Assembly: GCA_020428535.1 (NCBI GenBank)
Contig: JAGQMS010000004.1
Location: forward strand, 35,096-59,095
Direction of reading: 5' to 3'
Length of the DNA: 24,000 nucleotides
Source: Candidatus Saccharimonadota bacterium
Lineage (GTDB): Bacteria > Patescibacteriota > Saccharimonadia > Saccharimonadales > JAGQMS01
Part shown: positions 22,513-24,000 of the stretch, piece by piece
How the letters are laid out: every line of letters starts with the position of its first letter
How positions within the stretch are numbered: the stretch's first letter is position 1
Translations under genes and position numbers: made by a program
Notes under the pieces: generated by a model
Told to the model about the DNA's origin: nothing
What the model saw: only the letters and a program-made list of their open reading frames with translations
Database searches by the model: none

Positions 22513-24000
22513 CTATAGCCCTAGATCATTAGTTATTGCAATATCAATACGAAAACCGATTCTGTCGATTTCTATATCTTTTTCATCTTTGATTACCAAA
22601 TAATACTCTTCTGCTGGATTGTATTTAATCGCAGCAAACGCAAACTTCTCACGATACTCTCTTGAACCTGAGTCTTTTGCAGTAGAGTCAGCAATTATTG
22701 TGACCTCATCAGATACTTTGTTCCCGTCAATATTTTCGAAACATGCTTTATATCTCGCTGCCATTTTCTCAGTACTTACAGGTTCGTTTTGCAGGAATGT
22801 TAGGTATGTGATCGCGTTCGTTATTTTAAGAGACATGCCCGAGTAGGTGATGTTCACCTTATCGCGAGCGGAGCCTTTACGAGAAGATTTGTAGTTAAGG
22901 ACAGGTACGATAACTTCTTGAGGCATAGCACCGCCATGATAGTATCTGCCGACTCCACCTTGCTTTGCGAAGACAACATTTGCATGCGGAGTAGAGATGT
23001 ATTTCTTATTGCCATCAAACATATCACTCATACGGAAACTTAATGCAGTTTTGTCTGGGTTGTCTGAGATTGCGTATCGGGCCTTTTGTTTATCGGCATC
23101 AGCAACTTTTGGCATTTTTCTTCGAGCTTCAAGAGTTCCATTTTGGTAGAAGAATCCGTGATCTGACGTTACTAACACGTTTACTCCACTAAATGTAACA
23201 TGCAGGTCGGCAATCAGCTCTGCAATTTCAGTTATAGCTTGGTCACAAGCTTTGAATGTAGCAGCATCATCATGCTCTCCAGTGATATCTATTTTGTCAT
23301 GGTAGATATAGACATATTTCTTGCCAGAGAAGAACGACTTCCAGTCCGATTTTTTCATGTTTCGTACTTCTTCAAACTTCACAGCAAGGTTATCTGGGCT
23401 ATAAGACTTAAGTACGGCATCTCGATTGCCAGCATCTGTTTTCTTGCCGTCAGCCAGTACGGTGTCTTTTCCGTCGTATGTAAGTTTCTTATGAGGTAGT
23501 AACGCAGCCATACCTACCGGCGTGATTGATGGTAGTAGAGATATCATGTATTCCGTATTGATTTCTCCACCGGTACTCATTAATGTCTTATTGCTCGATA
23601 ATTCTTTTGCTACTTCATAGCGTAATCCATCAGAAATGATGACAAATACACGGTCTTTCTTTTCTTCGAGTGGCTGCAAGTACGTATCGTAAAAACTACT
23701 TGCCATTGTGTGCTTGGTAGATGTCCAGTTTTCGTCTGATACAGATGCTTCCCATTTTTCAGCAAGTTTCAACAGCCAATCTTCACCATAAACAAATTCT
23801 ATTTTTTGAGATAGTTCTTTATATTCATCGGGCTTTGCTGTTAAGTCGTAGTAATGGTTGAAGTGGCGATATGCCATATCTACACGGTACGACTCATCAG
23901 CATAGTGTTGTTCTGCGGCGTCTTTGCTCGTCGCTTTTAACTCACCGATTAGCTGTCTGACTGTGGCGTAGAAATTATTTGCTGCCGTTAACATTAAGTA
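22513..24000 (-). CDS. pglZ: BREX alkaline-phosphatase-superfamily protein PglZ, C-terminal about 495 codons. The ORF is open at the right window edge.
   Basis: VFVIISDGLRYEV and VLVTSDHGF are the PglZ-domain motifs. It sits directly upstream of brxL with a 10-nt gap. The frame continues upstream of the listed Met (codons at 23995-24000 read Y-L with no stop). Confidence 0.88.
   Translation of the reverse strand, partial: YLMLTAANNFYATVRQLIGELKATSKDAAEQHYADESYRVDMAYRHFNHYYDLTAKPDEYKELSQKIEFVYGEDWLLKLAEKWEASVSDENWTSTKHTMASSFYDTYLQPLEEKKDRVFVIISDGLRYEVAKELSSNKTLMSTGGEINTEYMISLLPSITPVGMAALLPHKKLTYDGKDTVLADGKKTDAGNRDAVLKSYSPDNLAVKFEEVRNMKKSDWKSFFSGKKYVYIYHDKIDITGEHDDAATFKACDQAITEIAELIADLHVTFSGVNVLVTSDHGFFYQNGTLEARRKMPKVADADKQKARYAISDNPDKTALSFRMSDMFDGNKKYISTPHANVVFAKQGGVGRYYHGGAMPQEVIVPVLNYKSSRKGSARDKVNITYSGMSLKITNAITYLTFLQNEPVSTEKMAARYKACFENIDGNKVSDEVTIIADSTAKDSGSREYREKFAFAAIKYNPAEEYYLVIKDEKDIEIDRIGFRIDIAITNDLGL

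Noticed and set aside
18530-23499. Plus-strand and internal ORFs in the BREX block: 18530-18793, 19144-19467, 19835-20122, 20024-20263, 20312-20533, 20530-20712, 22324-22518, 22619-22846 and 23200-23499.
   Set aside because: They are shadows of the minus-strand genes. ORF 20312-20533 in particular is antisense to the better-supported 55-aa coupled micro-ORF and the brxL 3' end.
1-24000. I scanned for tRNA, rRNA, CRISPR arrays, IS elements, terminal inverted repeats, integrases and relaxases.
   Set aside because: I saw no T-loop-like GGTTCGAATCC outside coding frames, no regularly spaced repeat array, and no transposase, tyrosine or serine recombinase, or MOB relaxase motifs in any listed ORF. 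Absence by eye is not proof. The far end of the island lies outside the window.

Overview
Compact bacterial DNA, nearly all coding, in two parts. All family calls come from reading motifs in the supplied translations. No database search was run.

**1-9.2 kb: housekeeping, mostly minus strand.** It holds the dnaG 5' part, a YjbR-family protein, a degenerate CapA-like protein, msrB, mscL, a COG3046 photolyase-related protein, a kinase-like ORF, argS and an NQO1-like flavoprotein.

**About 9.45 kb: apparent boundary.** rlmH stops after 74 codons. It is followed only by a short out-of-frame remnant.

**About 9.5 kb to the window end: accessory or mobile-looking.**
- A single-HKD PLD-family nuclease with a small acidic partner ORF.
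- An XRE repressor transcribed divergently from the next block.
- A minimal Gram-positive/CPR-style type IV secretion operon (10537-18225). It encodes two VirB2-like pilin paralogs (the second fused to a VirB6-like polytopic protein), a PrgI/VirB3-like protein, a VirB4 split into two overlapping ORFs, an M23 hydrolase and a VirD4-type coupling ATPase.
- The distal end of a type 1 BREX operon on the minus strand, converging on the T4SS (pglZ open at the window edge, then brxL).

**Best candidate for something undescribed (18310-20475).** The BREX operon does not stop at brxL. It runs on without any intergenic DNA into three more ORFs:
- an unlisted 55-aa single-TM peptide;
- a 460-aa DUF2779-like protein with two nuclease-like halves;
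- a 209-aa bare FtsK/HerA-like P-loop ATPase.

**Secondary observations:**
- The DnaG zinc-binding domain has all four metal ligands substituted.
- A -10-like hexamer recurs 6-8 nt upstream of start codons, suggesting leaderless mRNAs.
- Interdigitated divergent promoters lie between the XRE gene and the T4SS operon.
- A frame-independent direct repeat lies upstream of dnaG.

No tRNA, rRNA, CRISPR array, IS element, integrase or relaxase was seen. The gene content and T4SS architecture suggest a small-genome lineage, possibly Patescibacteria/Saccharibacteria-like. That is a weak inference.
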